Shown: positions 8,964 through 18,313 of the stretch, piece by piece | Layout: every line of letters starts with the position of its first letter | How positions within the stretch are numbered: position 1 is the first letter of the stretch | Source of the DNA: Cloacimonetes bacterium SCGC AAA252-N17 | GTDB lineage: Bacteria; Cloacimonadota; Cloacimonadia; JGIOTU-2 | Length of the DNA: 64,000 nt | Assembly: GCA_000404785.1 (NCBI GenBank) | Contig: ASNI01000007.1 | Span: 181-64,180, forward strand | Reading direction: 5' to 3' | Translations under genes and position numbers: made by a program | Notes under the pieces: generated by a model | Seen by the model: only the letters and a program-made list of their open reading frames with translations | The model's database searches: none | Told to the model about the DNA's origin: nothing

Positions 8964-11078
8964 CTACTCAACAATTTCTTTCGGTATTTCCAGTGTAAAA
9001 CTCGTGCCATTTTTTCTGTCTAATGATAATGTTCCCTGTAGCTGCTTAGTAATCATATCAACAATTGATAAGCCAAGAGTCTCCGGATCATTTATGTCTA
9101 TATTTTCCGGCATTCCGATCCCATCATCAGAAATTTTTATTACAACATGTTTCTCTGTCTCTTTTAATTCAATATGAATGTTCCCCACTTCTCTTCCTTC
9201 AAAAGCATATTTTATGGAATTTGTTATGATCTCATTCAATACCAGTCCCAGTCTATCTAATATCTCAATATTGATCGTGAGTTCATCGAGAGAATAGCTG
9301 ATCTTTACTTTATGATGTATATCATAATTGTATTTAAGCTGCTCTGCAAGTGATTCAATATATTTCCCAACACTCACTTCTGACATATACTCCGAACCTA
9401 ATAATAATTCATAAGCTTTTGCCATTGCAAGTATTCTATCCTGGCTTGCAGCAAATCCCTTTATCGCATCTTCTTTTGTTGTTATTTCGTTCTGCTGAAG
9501 CTGAAGAAGGCTTGATATTACCTGCAAATTATTCTTCACCCTGTGATGTATTTCACGCAATAATAATTCTTTTTCTTTCAGATCTCTCTTCATCTGTTCT
9601 TCCGCCTGTTTACGATTGATGGCAAGAGCAATTTCTTCTGAAATAAAGGTAAGAATTTTAATATCTTTCTCTGTATAAAGATTGGGATCATCATAGCTTT
9701 GAACTGCAATTACACCAATTACTTTGTTTTCAACTTTTAGAGGAACACCGAGCCAGATTTCGGAAGGAGTTCCAATGATGTCAATTTTGCCCTGTTTGGT
9801 TAATTTATCTTGTAATTGTTTATTTGCAAATAATGGTTTACCTGTTTTTATGACTAGAGAAGTGAGAGTTTTGCCAGCTGGGAAAGTTTCAAAATCATCT
9901 TTTTCATCAACATCAAAAGGAAGAGAGATATAATCGGTTTTCTCATCATATAAAGCAACATAGAAATTGGTAGTGTCGATCACATTTCCCAGGTATTCTC
10001 TTATTTTGCTGTAAAAGTCGCGCATTTTATCGGTTGTATTCAGAGCATTGGAAATGTTGTATAAGACTTTTTGTGTTTCCTCTGCCTGCTTGCGCTCGGT
10101 GATATCAAAAGATATACCGATAACACCAATGATTTTCCCCTCAGCATCAACAAATGGAATTTTACTTGTACTGACCCATTTTGAACCGATCTCAGTTTTC
10201 CAGGGTTCTTTAATATTTAATTGTGCTTTACCGCTTTTAATTACTTTTAGATCATCTTCAAAATATGCTTTTGCATCTTTTCCGGGATATAATTCGTAAC
10301 AGCTTTTATTTTTCATTTCTGCTTTTGTCAGCTTGTGCGCATCTGCTACGTATTTGTTCACGGTTATATAGTTATTTTTCTTGTCTTTATAAAAAATCAA
10401 TCCGGGAATATGATCTAATATTGCTTCGAACTGGTTAGACAAATTTTTATATTGTTCTTCACTTTCCATTATTACTTCTTCTGCCTGCTTGCGCTCTGTG
10501 ATATCGTTTACAAGCAAGACTGCACCTGCAAATTTATCATTTTCAAATATGGGAACGCCTTTTAGAGTTACATAAGTTTCTTTTCCATAAACAGAAATGA
10601 AAAGCCCCTCATTTGCAATTTCCTTATCCTCCAAAAGATTATTGAAGATAGATGAAAGCTCAGCATTTTTTATTGAAGAAAGTTCCCTTATATCCATTCC
10701 CGTAGCTTTTGATTTTTCGCCAGGAGGAACTCCCAAAATCCTTTTCATTTCAGGATTTTCGTAACTTATTATGAGTTTCGCATCCAGCCTTATTATTCCT
10801 GCTGGAGAATTTTCTACAATCCCTTCATTTAACTTATATAGTTGTTTATAGGATTCTTCGGATTCTGATAATTGTTTGGTTCTGTCTACCACCATTTCTT
10901 CAAGGTTTTCAGAGTATTCTTTCAGTTTCTTCTCTGATTTCTTAAGCAGAATGTCCTTCAACTTTAACCTGATAATAAAGTATATGGTTGTTAAAATAAA
11001 AAGTCCAAGAAAAATAGATGATATTATGACGAATATTTGTATCTGATTTTCCGTATACATACTATACTTCCAAGCCAA
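8964..11078 (-). CDS. Sensor histidine kinase (TM, 2 PAS, GAF, HisKA_2, HATPase_c)
   Basis: An N-terminal TM helix is followed by PAS units ending NDITERKQAEE and FDITERKQAEE. The GAF region reads WLGVPLKVENKVIGVIAVQSYDD. The H-box is EIHHRVKNNLQVISSLL, and a C-terminal ATPase domain follows. The true start may be the internal Met (MYTENQ). Confidence 0.9.
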   Translation of the reverse strand: MAWKYSMYTENQIQIFVIISSIFLGLFILTTIYFIIRLKLKDILLKKSEKKLKEYSENLEEMVVDRTKQLSESEESYKQLYKLNEGIVENSPAGIIRLDAKLIISYENPEMKRILGVPPGEKSKATGMDIRELSSIKNAELSSIFNNLLEDKEIANEGLFISVYGKETYVTLKGVPIFENDKFAGAVLLVNDITERKQAEEVIMESEEQYKNLSNQFEAILDHIPGLIFYKDKKNNYITVNKYVADAHKLTKAEMKNKSCYELYPGKDAKAYFEDDLKVIKSGKAQLNIKEPWKTEIGSKWVSTSKIPFVDAEGKIIGVIGISFDITERKQAEETQKVLYNISNALNTTDKMRDFYSKIREYLGNVIDTTNFYVALYDEKTDYISLPFDVDEKDDFETFPAGKTLTSLVIKTGKPLFANKQLQDKLTKQGKIDIIGTPSEIWLGVPLKVENKVIGVIAVQSYDDPNLYTEKDIKILTFISEEIALAINRKQAEEQMKRDLKEKELLLREIHHRVKNNLQVISSLLQLQQNEITTKEDAIKGFAASQDRILAMAKAYELLLGSEYMSEVSVGKYIESLAEQLKYNYDIHHKVKISYSLDELTINIEILDRLGLVLNEIITNSIKYAFEGREVGNIHIELKETEKHVVIKISDDGIGMPENIDINDPETLGLSIVDMITKQLQGTLSLDRKNGTSFTLEIPKEIVE

Positions 11079-11665
11079 TAAATAAGGCCAATTAAAGTTG
11101 AATTTTGGGCAAAAACCCAGTTCTTCAAAGGTCCAAATGCCACAATATTGCTGGCTAGAATATGTAAGCCAAAATACAAAACAAAGCCAGAAAAAATAAA
11201 GAATGTTTCAATGTTTTCAATGAATGGTTTTTTTAATAGCAAATACCTCAAAATTAAAGTAGAGCCAATCATAAGAATTATTGAGTTGAAAAAATCAACC
11301 GTGTTTACTGGTTGATAACTTCCATATTTTAGTGATAAGATAGCACTCAGAATAGTTGGCAGGGCAGGAATTACAATAGCAAATCGTGCATAATTCCACC
11401 CTGCCAATTTAAAGAGAATGGTTATAACAAGATATAGTTCATAGATACTGATGATAGCCCAGAAAAAAAGATAGACTGTTCCAGAACGCTCACTGACAAT
11501 CATAAGAATATTCCAGAGGGTAAAAACAGCAAGATAATAAACAAAATATTTAACAGTTTCTTTATTTAATCCCGTGAGACCGCTCTTTTTGTAAATACAG
11601 AGCCAAAGGAGTAAATTTAGAGCACGGAATATTGGCAGGTTATATGAAATAATGGGATCTATCAT
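11024..11665 (-). CDS. Seven-TM membrane protein of unknown function (possible detached sensor module of the downstream kinase)
   Basis: I count seven hydrophobic helices in 213 aa. The ATG start is at 11665. The 3' end overlaps the kinase ORF by 55 nt, or 35 nt if the internal Met is used. Confidence 0.6.
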   Translation of the reverse strand: MIDPIISYNLPIFRALNLLLWLCIYKKSGLTGLNKETVKYFVYYLAVFTLWNILMIVSERSGTVYLFFWAIISIYELYLVITILFKLAGWNYARFAIVIPALPTILSAILSLKYGSYQPVNTVDFFNSIILMIGSTLILRYLLLKKPFIENIETFFIFSGFVLYFGLHILASNIVAFGPLKNWVFAQNSTLIGLIYWLGSIVCIRKIRYKYSS

Positions 11666-11689
11666 AATCTCGGACTAATCTTTTATTTC

Positions 11690-11986
11690 TTAGCTTCCCC
11701 ATGGTTTTAAGGGTTTTGGTTTAATATCGCCTTGCATACTACACAGAGCATTCATTTCGTTTTCATCCTGGTTTGGAGTATACGGTGCTATCTCTGTTTG
11801 AACTAATGGTTTTGGCATAATGTCACCTTGTGCAATACATTCAGCATTTGCATTACTGAATTTAACTGTTAAGGCTGAGTTCATCGTATACTTTGGTATA
11901 ACACACCACATACTTATTAATGATAACAATAAAACAATTGCTATCATCACCAATGCATACTTTTTTGAGTCAATTTTCTGTTTCAT
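11690..11986 (-). CDS. Small secreted or membrane-anchored protein with a duplicated C-x2-QGDI-x-PKPL motif
   Basis: A strong SD (AGGAG) sits upstream of the ATG at 11986. An N-terminal anchor reads YALVMIAIVLLLSLISMWCVI. The two repeats are NAECIAQGDIMPKPL and NALCSMQGDIKPKPL. The gene ends 24 nt upstream of the 7-TM gene. Confidence 0.55.
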   Translation of the reverse strand: MKQKIDSKKYALVMIAIVLLLSLISMWCVIPKYTMNSALTVKFSNANAECIAQGDIMPKPLVQTEIAPYTPNQDENEMNALCSMQGDIKPKPLKPWGS

Positions 11987-12548
11987 TTTTCTCCTATGTT
12001 GTTTTTAGTTTTTTGGGTTAACATAATAATTCTTTACCTAATTTTGACATTAACATTTTTAGTCCCTCATCATTACTTGTGTTTTATCATAATTTTCGTA
12101 AGGTAATAAGACTTGACTAAGAATTTCCAATATATCATTATCATAATTAACTATTAAGATAGATTTCATAACAAAATTCCTATAGAATTATTTATTTATG
12201 AATTTTACATACATACATGAATTATATTATATATATCTTTTTATATTTTGGGGCATAGTTTGTCAAGTATTTCCAAGATTGTTCATGCATACTCCTGATT
12301 TTTTTCAAAATTATGAAAATTTCAGAGAGTGGAATACGGAGAAAAGAAAATGGAGAATGGAAAATTTTGAAACTCGAAACTTGAAAATCGAAACTGGAGT
12401 AGTGAACTTGTGAATTGTGGAATTAGCAAACTGATTAATTGGTGAATATGTTAATTGGTAAACGAATTCTTGATTTTCACCCAAGTAGAGTTTAGAAAAA
12501 TCATGTTGTCTTACTATAAAAGAATTTACACAAATGTGTAATATTAAA

Positions 12549-12797
12549 TTACTCAAGTTTCGCAGGAGTGTAGATCACTTAACAGATCATATTTTATATT
12601 TTTGAAATATTTCATAACACCTTGATTTTTATATAGTTACATATAAGTACAAGATTAGTGATTTAAGCTGCATTTTCATGGTTTATAAGATCATTTTGCA
12701 TTATATCCGTAGACACGAAAAAGCGAAATATTAAGAGTATTTATGCTACATTTTTCTCATTGATAAAGCAGATTTATCTCCTGCGAAACTTGAGTAA
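12549..12797. repeat. Perfect 20-bp inverted repeats enclosing a 209-bp AT-rich segment
   Basis: TTACTCAAGTTTCGCAGGAG (12549-12568) is the exact reverse complement of CTCCTGCGAAACTTGAGTAA (12778-12797). The element lies in a ~1-kb gene-free gap upstream of the DUF1015 gene. Confidence 0.85.
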
Positions 12798-13010
12798 ATA
12801 ATATGAACGTATGCAAAAAATACAGCACCAATTAGTAGTATTTCATTCTTTTTGACACATCGGAGATCTGTTTAAGAACCTTGCGAATGCTTGACGAATA
12901 AAACCTTCGCAATGGTTCGAATATTGGCGTCTCTGCTAAAATAATTGACAGGATAATCACGCATAAACACTTAATGCTATACAAATAATCAATAGTAATG
13001 AGGATAATTT

Positions 13011-14249
13011 ATGCCGGATATCAAACCCTTTAAAGGGCTTCGACCAGACCAACAATATGCTGAGAAAGTCGCAGCTCCACCTTATGACGTATTGAATTCC
13101 GAAGAAGCTCATGAGCTTGCAAAAGATAATCCATACAGCTTTTTGCACGTGTCCAAACCAGAAGTTGATCTTCCTGTTGATATTGATGGTTATGATGAAC
13201 GAGTGTATGAAAAAGGTGTAGAAAATCTCAAGAAACTTATCGATGAAAAAGTACTAATCCAGGATGACGAGCCCTGTTTTTACATCTATCGCCAGATCAT
13301 GGGAGATCATGTTCAGAGTGGAATCGTTGCAGCCGCATCGGTTGAAGATTATGATAACGGCATCATAAAAATACATGAATACACACGCGTAGACAAGGAG
13401 CAGGACAGAGCAAAACATGTGGATATGCTTAGTGCAAATACCGGTCCGGTTTTTCTTACCTATCATGCGCAGAACAGCATCGATTCGCTGGTGGAAAGAT
13501 GTCAGAAAAATGTTCCCCTTTATGATTTCGAGAGTAGCGACGGCATTCGACACACGGTTTGGAAAGTCGATGATGAGGCAATCATAAAAGCAATCATACA
13601 AGAATTTGATAAACTCGATAAATTCTATATTTCTGATGGACATCATCGTTCTGCAGCAGCTTCACGAGTGCAGAAAATCAGAAAAGAACTGAACCCAAAT
13701 CATACAGGAAATGAAGAATATAATTACTTTCTGACAGTCATATTTCCCGATGATCAGATGTATATCATGGATTATAACCGGGTAGTCAAAGACCTGAATG
13801 GGCTTTCAAAGGATGAGTTCCTGAAAAAAATATCTGAAAAGTTTGAAATTGAAAAACAATACTCACAATATAAGCCCGAAATGAAGCACACCTTCGGAAT
13901 GTACATTGACAGGATATGGTACAAGTTGATTGCAAAATCAGGAATTTTCGATGAGGATGATCCTGTAGAATCCCTTGATGTGAGCATTTTACATACAAAT
14001 ATTATGGAACCCCTTCTAGGAATTCTCAATCCGAGAAAGGATAAAAGAATAGATTTCGTGGGCGGTATTCGAGGTTTGGGAGAATTGGAAAAACTTGTGA
14101 ACAGCGGTACATTCAAAGTTGCGTTTGCATTTTTCCCAACTTCGATTGACGATCTGATGAAGGTCGCAGATTCCAATAATGTCATGCCTCCGAAATCAAC
14201 ATGGTTTGAACCAAAATTACGAAGCGGTCTTATTACGCATTTAATTTGA
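13011..14249 (+). CDS. DUF1015 family protein
   Basis: The N-terminus is MPDIKPFKGLRP. Characteristic internal motifs include YISDGHHR. The 412-aa length is typical of the family. Confidence 0.85.
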   Translation: MPDIKPFKGLRPDQQYAEKVAAPPYDVLNSEEAHELAKDNPYSFLHVSKPEVDLPVDIDGYDERVYEKGVENLKKLIDEKVLIQDDEPCFYIYRQIMGDHVQSGIVAAASVEDYDNGIIKIHEYTRVDKEQDRAKHVDMLSANTGPVFLTYHAQNSIDSLVERCQKNVPLYDFESSDGIRHTVWKVDDEAIIKAIIQEFDKLDKFYISDGHHRSAAASRVQKIRKELNPNHTGNEEYNYFLTVIFPDDQMYIMDYNRVVKDLNGLSKDEFLKKISEKFEIEKQYSQYKPEMKHTFGMYIDRIWYKLIAKSGIFDEDDPVESLDVSILHTNIMEPLLGILNPRKDKRIDFVGGIRGLGELEKLVNSGTFKVAFAFFPTSIDDLMKVADSNNVMPPKSTWFEPKLRSGLITHLI

Positions 14250-14347
14250 ATTCAACAGGAAAACAGCAAACCCGAAAAGTGTATTGTAAAAATCATTTTT
14301 ACAAAGAGGATGCTATTTTCCATTTTACAACAATCAATAATTACACA

Positions 14348-14402
14348 CTTCGACTGGTCTTCATTTCATTACGCCCAAGCAGGCAAGCTCAGTGTGACAA
14401 TT
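14348..14402. repeat. 55-bp intergenic repeat module (copy 1 of at least 3)
   Basis: CTTCGACTGGTCTTCATTTCATTACGCCCAAGCAGGCAAGCTCAGTGTGACAATT matches 61499-61553 at 54 of 55 positions. A diverged inverted copy lies at ~22132-22189 and a partial copy at 41950-41966. Confidence 0.9.
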
Positions 14403-14430
14403 TTTTTTATTAATCAATTAGGAGAAGTGT

Positions 14431-15384
14431 ATGAAGCATACGCTTAATCTCACAGGCAGAAATCTTTTTGATCTCGATGACTACTCGGTTGAAGAGATCG
14501 AGAAGATCTTTGAAACTGCCAAAGTGATGAAAGAGATCAATAGTCGGGAATATAAGAAGATCCCGACACTTCGCGGGAAAACTGTTGCAACGCTATTTTT
14601 CGAGGACAGCACACGTACCAGAATTTCCTTCGAATTAGCTGCAACACGCCTCAGCGCCGATGTTGTGAGCTTCACATCAACCGGATCTTCCTTAAAAAAG
14701 GGAGAGAGTATTCAGGATACGGTTTATACTCTTAATGCAATGGGCATCGACCTTTATGTTGTCCGTCATAGCTGCCCCGGTGTTCCGCAACTGGTAAATA
14801 AGTATTCCAATAAACCGGTGCTCAATGCCGGCGATGGTAGGCATGCTCATCCCACACAAGCGCTTCTGGATATGTTCAGCATCTGGGAAAAGAAGGGTTC
14901 GTTAAAGGGACTGAAAATCGCAATAGTTGGAGATATTCTCCATTCCCGTGTTGTACGTTCAAACCTGATAGGTATGAAGAAAATGGGTGCTGAGGTTGTT
15001 GTGTGCGGACCACGAACTCTGATGCCTCCGAAGATAGAAGAGGTGTATGGTGCAACATGTGAATATGATCATAAAACTGCAATAAAAGATGCAGATGTGG
15101 TCATGGCTTTGCGCATGCAGCTCGAACGGCAGACAGAAGGGCTTTTCCCGGGACTCGGAGAATATACGAGCAGATACGGACTGAGTAACAAAATGCTGGA
15201 ATTCGCAAAGGATGATGTGATTGTTATGCATCCCGGTCCAATGAACAGGGGAGTCGAGATTCTTCCAGAAGTCGCTGACAGCGAACACAGTATAATCATT
15301 GAACAGGTTACAAACGGCGTGGCAGTACGCATGGCGCTGCTGTTCCTGATTCTTGGTGGAAAACCGGGAAGGGAGGTCGCATGA
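14431..15384 (+). CDS. pyrB: Aspartate carbamoyltransferase catalytic subunit
   Basis: Motifs STRTR, HPTQALLD and HPGPMNRG are present. The gene is 317 aa and its end overlaps pyrC (ATGA). Confidence 0.95.
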   Translation: MKHTLNLTGRNLFDLDDYSVEEIEKIFETAKVMKEINSREYKKIPTLRGKTVATLFFEDSTRTRISFELAATRLSADVVSFTSTGSSLKKGESIQDTVYTLNAMGIDLYVVRHSCPGVPQLVNKYSNKPVLNAGDGRHAHPTQALLDMFSIWEKKGSLKGLKIAIVGDILHSRVVRSNLIGMKKMGAEVVVCGPRTLMPPKIEEVYGATCEYDHKTAIKDADVVMALRMQLERQTEGLFPGLGEYTSRYGLSNKMLEFAKDDVIVMHPGPMNRGVEILPEVADSEHSIIIEQVTNGVAVRMALLFLILGGKPGREVA

Positions 15385-16652
15385 TACTTCTGAAAAACGG
15401 AATGGTCTATCTTTCTGATGAGAAGAAGATAGAAAAAGTTGATGTACTGATCGACAAAAAGATCATCAAAAAAATAGCTCCTGTAATTGAAGAGAAAAAC
15501 GCAGAAGTGATCGACTGCGCAGGAATGCATATTTTTTCCGGCTTTGTAGATTTGCATTGCCACCTGCGTGACCCGGGATACACATATAAGGAAGATATCG
15601 CTTCGGGTGCAGAATCCGCAGCAAAAGGCGGATTTACCAGTGTATGCTGTATGCCGAACACAAATCCTGCAATAGATAATATTTCGACGCTTAACTATAT
15701 CATGAGAAAAGCCCGTGATGTTGGTAAAACAAAAATATTCGTTATTGGTGCGATGTCAAAGGGACTCGAAGGCAAGGAGATCGCAAATATTGCATCCCTT
15801 GTAAAAGGCGGTGTCGTGGGCTTGAGCGATGATGGCAACTGCATTCAGGTCGCCAAACTGCAGCTCAATGTCATGAGATATGCTTCCATCTATGATATTC
15901 CAATGATCTGTCATTCCGAAGATTACTCACTTTCCGGAGATGGACAGGTCAATTACGGACCTATGTCCACAAAACTCGGATTGTCGGGAATTCCTACGCT
16001 CGCAGAAGAGATCATAGTGAGCAGAGATATTATGCTGGCAGATGTAACCGGCTCACATGTACATATTGCCCATGCTTCCACAAAAAGAACTGTCGAGCTC
16101 ATCCGCCAGGCAAAAAAAGATGGAATAAAAGTTACTGCAGAGGTTACTCCTCATCATTTGGTGTTGACCGAAAAGGCATGTGACGGCTTTGACACGAACA
16201 CAAAAATGAAGCCACCTCTTCGCTCTGAACAGGATAGGGAAGCGCTATTTGAAGGATTGATGGACGGCACGATCGATGTGATCGCAACAGATCATGCGCC
16301 CCATTCCGATTATGAAAAAGAACTGGAATTCGTGAAAGCGCCCTTTGGTGTGATCGGGTTTGAAAGTGCCTTTCCTGTACTATATACTACCTTTGTTCGA
16401 GATAATAAAATGAAACTCGAAGAACTGGTAGAACGGATCACCTCGAAACCCGCAGAAATAATAAAGAAGAATGTCGGCATACTGAAAGAAGGGGCACCTG
16501 CTGATCTCAATGTATTCGATCTCGAGGAATCTTTCACTTTTAATGAGAGTGAAATCCTATCCAAATCCAAGAACAGCCCATTCCTCGGCATGAAGATGTG
16601 GGGCAGGATCCATTATACGATCTGTGATGGAAAGTTCATCTGGAAATTGTAG
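15381..16652 (+). CDS. pyrC: Dihydroorotase
   Basis: Motifs DLHCHLRDPG and ATDHAPH are present, placing it in the amidohydrolase family. It lies in the pyr operon. Confidence 0.95.
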   Translation: MILLKNGMVYLSDEKKIEKVDVLIDKKIIKKIAPVIEEKNAEVIDCAGMHIFSGFVDLHCHLRDPGYTYKEDIASGAESAAKGGFTSVCCMPNTNPAIDNISTLNYIMRKARDVGKTKIFVIGAMSKGLEGKEIANIASLVKGGVVGLSDDGNCIQVAKLQLNVMRYASIYDIPMICHSEDYSLSGDGQVNYGPMSTKLGLSGIPTLAEEIIVSRDIMLADVTGSHVHIAHASTKRTVELIRQAKKDGIKVTAEVTPHHLVLTEKACDGFDTNTKMKPPLRSEQDREALFEGLMDGTIDVIATDHAPHSDYEKELEFVKAPFGVIGFESAFPVLYTTFVRDNKMKLEELVERITSKPAEIIKKNVGILKEGAPADLNVFDLEESFTFNESEILSKSKNSPFLGMKMWGRIHYTICDGKFIWKL

Positions 16653-16654
16653 AA

Positions 16655-17410
16655 ATGTATTTTAAAAAAATACCTGTTCTGAAAATTGAATTTATTAGTG
16701 ATGAGTATTTCGTGCTTAGATTTCGTGATAAAGAACTTACCAAGAATATCAAACCGGGACAGTTTTTTCAGATTAAGGATCCTGATCCTACATTTCCACT
16801 GCTCCCCCGACCTTTTAGTGTGTATGAAGTCGAAGATGACAGACTTTCATTTCTTATAAAAATAGTTGGTGAATCGACAAATAACTTATCCCTTTTGGAG
16901 GAAGGTCATATCATCCAATTGCTCGGACCACTTGGAAATGGATTTCCACTTGTTCAGAATAAGAAAGTACTCTTAGCGAGCGGTGGGATAGGGTATGCGC
17001 CTATGCCGTATCTTGAGCAAAAATTGAAAGAAGCGCGGAATGAAGTCATCTTTTATCACGGCGGACGTAGCAGTAATGATTTATTTTGTGATAATGTGCT
17101 TAACTGTACTGAGGATGGCTCTTGCGGTCATGCCGGTTTAGTAACAGAGTACATTGAGAAATGCTTTGATTCAATGGATATTGATCTAGTGTATTCATGC
17201 GGTCCGGAACCAATGCTGAAAACTATTGTCCAAATGTGCTCAGAAAGAAATATTCCGGTCTGTGTTTCTTTAGAAAGAGTCATGGCATGTGGCGTAGGAG
17301 TATGTTGCGGTTGTGTCATAAAAATAAAAGAAAATGATAGTATTGTATATAAAAAAGTATGCAAAGACGGACCGGTTTTTAACGGCGCAAAGGTAGTCTG
17401 GGATGAATAA
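16655..17410 (+). CDS. pyrK: Dihydroorotate dehydrogenase (class 1B) electron-transfer subunit
   Basis: It has an FNR-like fold and the C-terminal 2Fe-2S cysteine cluster CGVGVCCGCV. It overlaps pyrD. Confidence 0.9.
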   Translation: MYFKKIPVLKIEFISDEYFVLRFRDKELTKNIKPGQFFQIKDPDPTFPLLPRPFSVYEVEDDRLSFLIKIVGESTNNLSLLEEGHIIQLLGPLGNGFPLVQNKKVLLASGGIGYAPMPYLEQKLKEARNEVIFYHGGRSSNDLFCDNVLNCTEDGSCGHAGLVTEYIEKCFDSMDIDLVYSCGPEPMLKTIVQMCSERNIPVCVSLERVMACGVGVCCGCVIKIKENDSIVYKKVCKDGPVFNGAKVVWDE

Positions 17411-18305
17411 ATGTGAAGTCACTTTTGGAAAAATGAAGTGGGAAAATCCAGTGACGGTTGCATCCGGCACTTTCGGACTTGAATACGCCGAACTCTTTGA
17501 TCTTTCACAGCTTGGTGCATTAACTACGAAAACCATTACTCTGGAACCAAAAGTAGGAAACGAGCCACAAAGAATAGTTGAGACCGAAGCCGGCTTGCTG
17601 AATTCAATTGGACTGCAGAATCCCGGTGTAGATGAATTTATAAAAACATACCTGCCTGAATATCGTAAATTTAATACGAATCTTATAGTGAGTGTATCTG
17701 CATCATCAGTAAATGAATTTGTAAAAGTAATAAAAAAGCTGGATACTCAGCCGGGAATCGATGCGTATGAGATCAATGTTTCATGTCCCAATGTGGAAAA
17801 TGAAGGCATCGCATTCGGCACTGATCCTGAAATTGTATTTGATCTTACAAAAAAATTGAGAGCAGTAACTGAAAAAACACTTATCATCAAATTATCACCG
17901 AATGTAACTTCAATTACAGACATTGCAAAGAATGCAGAAATAGCAGGCACAGACGGTCTTGCGTTGATCAACACTCTTTACGGTATGGCAATTGATGTGG
18001 AAATTAGAAAGCCAAAACTGCATAATATTATTGGCGGCTATTCGGGTCCTGCGATCAAACCAGTTGCATTACAGAATGTGTATAAAGTTGCGCAAGCTGT
18101 ACATATCCCAATCCTCGCAATGGGTGGAATTTCTTCAGTAAATGATGCACTGGAATTTATCATTGCCGGAGCAACTGCTGTCGCAGTGGGCACTTATAAT
18201 TTCGTGAATCCTCTCGGAACTCTTAAGATCATTGAGGGTATAAATGAATATTGCATAAGTCATAATATTTCATACAAAAATTTAATCGGTTCAATACAAA
18301 CTTAG
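17403..18305 (+). CDS. pyrD: Dihydroorotate dehydrogenase (class 1B) catalytic subunit
   Basis: Typical PyrD strings include NPVTVASGTFG, LNSIGLQNPG, NVSCPN and GGISS. Confidence 0.95.
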   Translation: MNKCEVTFGKMKWENPVTVASGTFGLEYAELFDLSQLGALTTKTITLEPKVGNEPQRIVETEAGLLNSIGLQNPGVDEFIKTYLPEYRKFNTNLIVSVSASSVNEFVKVIKKLDTQPGIDAYEINVSCPNVENEGIAFGTDPEIVFDLTKKLRAVTEKTLIIKLSPNVTSITDIAKNAEIAGTDGLALINTLYGMAIDVEIRKPKLHNIIGGYSGPAIKPVALQNVYKVAQAVHIPILAMGGISSVNDALEFIIAGATAVAVGTYNFVNPLGTLKIIEGINEYCISHNISYKNLIGSIQT

Positions 18306-18313
18306 GAAACAAA

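Noticed and set aside
12553-12570. TTTCGCAGG at the inverted-repeat element resembles the TT(C/T)CGCAGGTGCATA core of the 75-bp upstream elements at 43424 and 44574
   Set aside because: The shared string is only ~9-10 bp and the flanks do not align, so it is too short to claim homology without a genome-wide census.
12905-12925. GGTTCGAAT string resembling a tRNA T-arm
   Set aside because: No acceptor stem, D-arm or anticodon arm can be built around it. I found no tRNA-like cloverleaf anywhere in the window.
14250-14430. Searched for a PyrR-binding attenuator hairpin upstream of pyrB
   Set aside because: No CCAGAGAGG-like loop or terminator/antiterminator pair is visible by eye. I report this as an absence in the findings, not as a feature.
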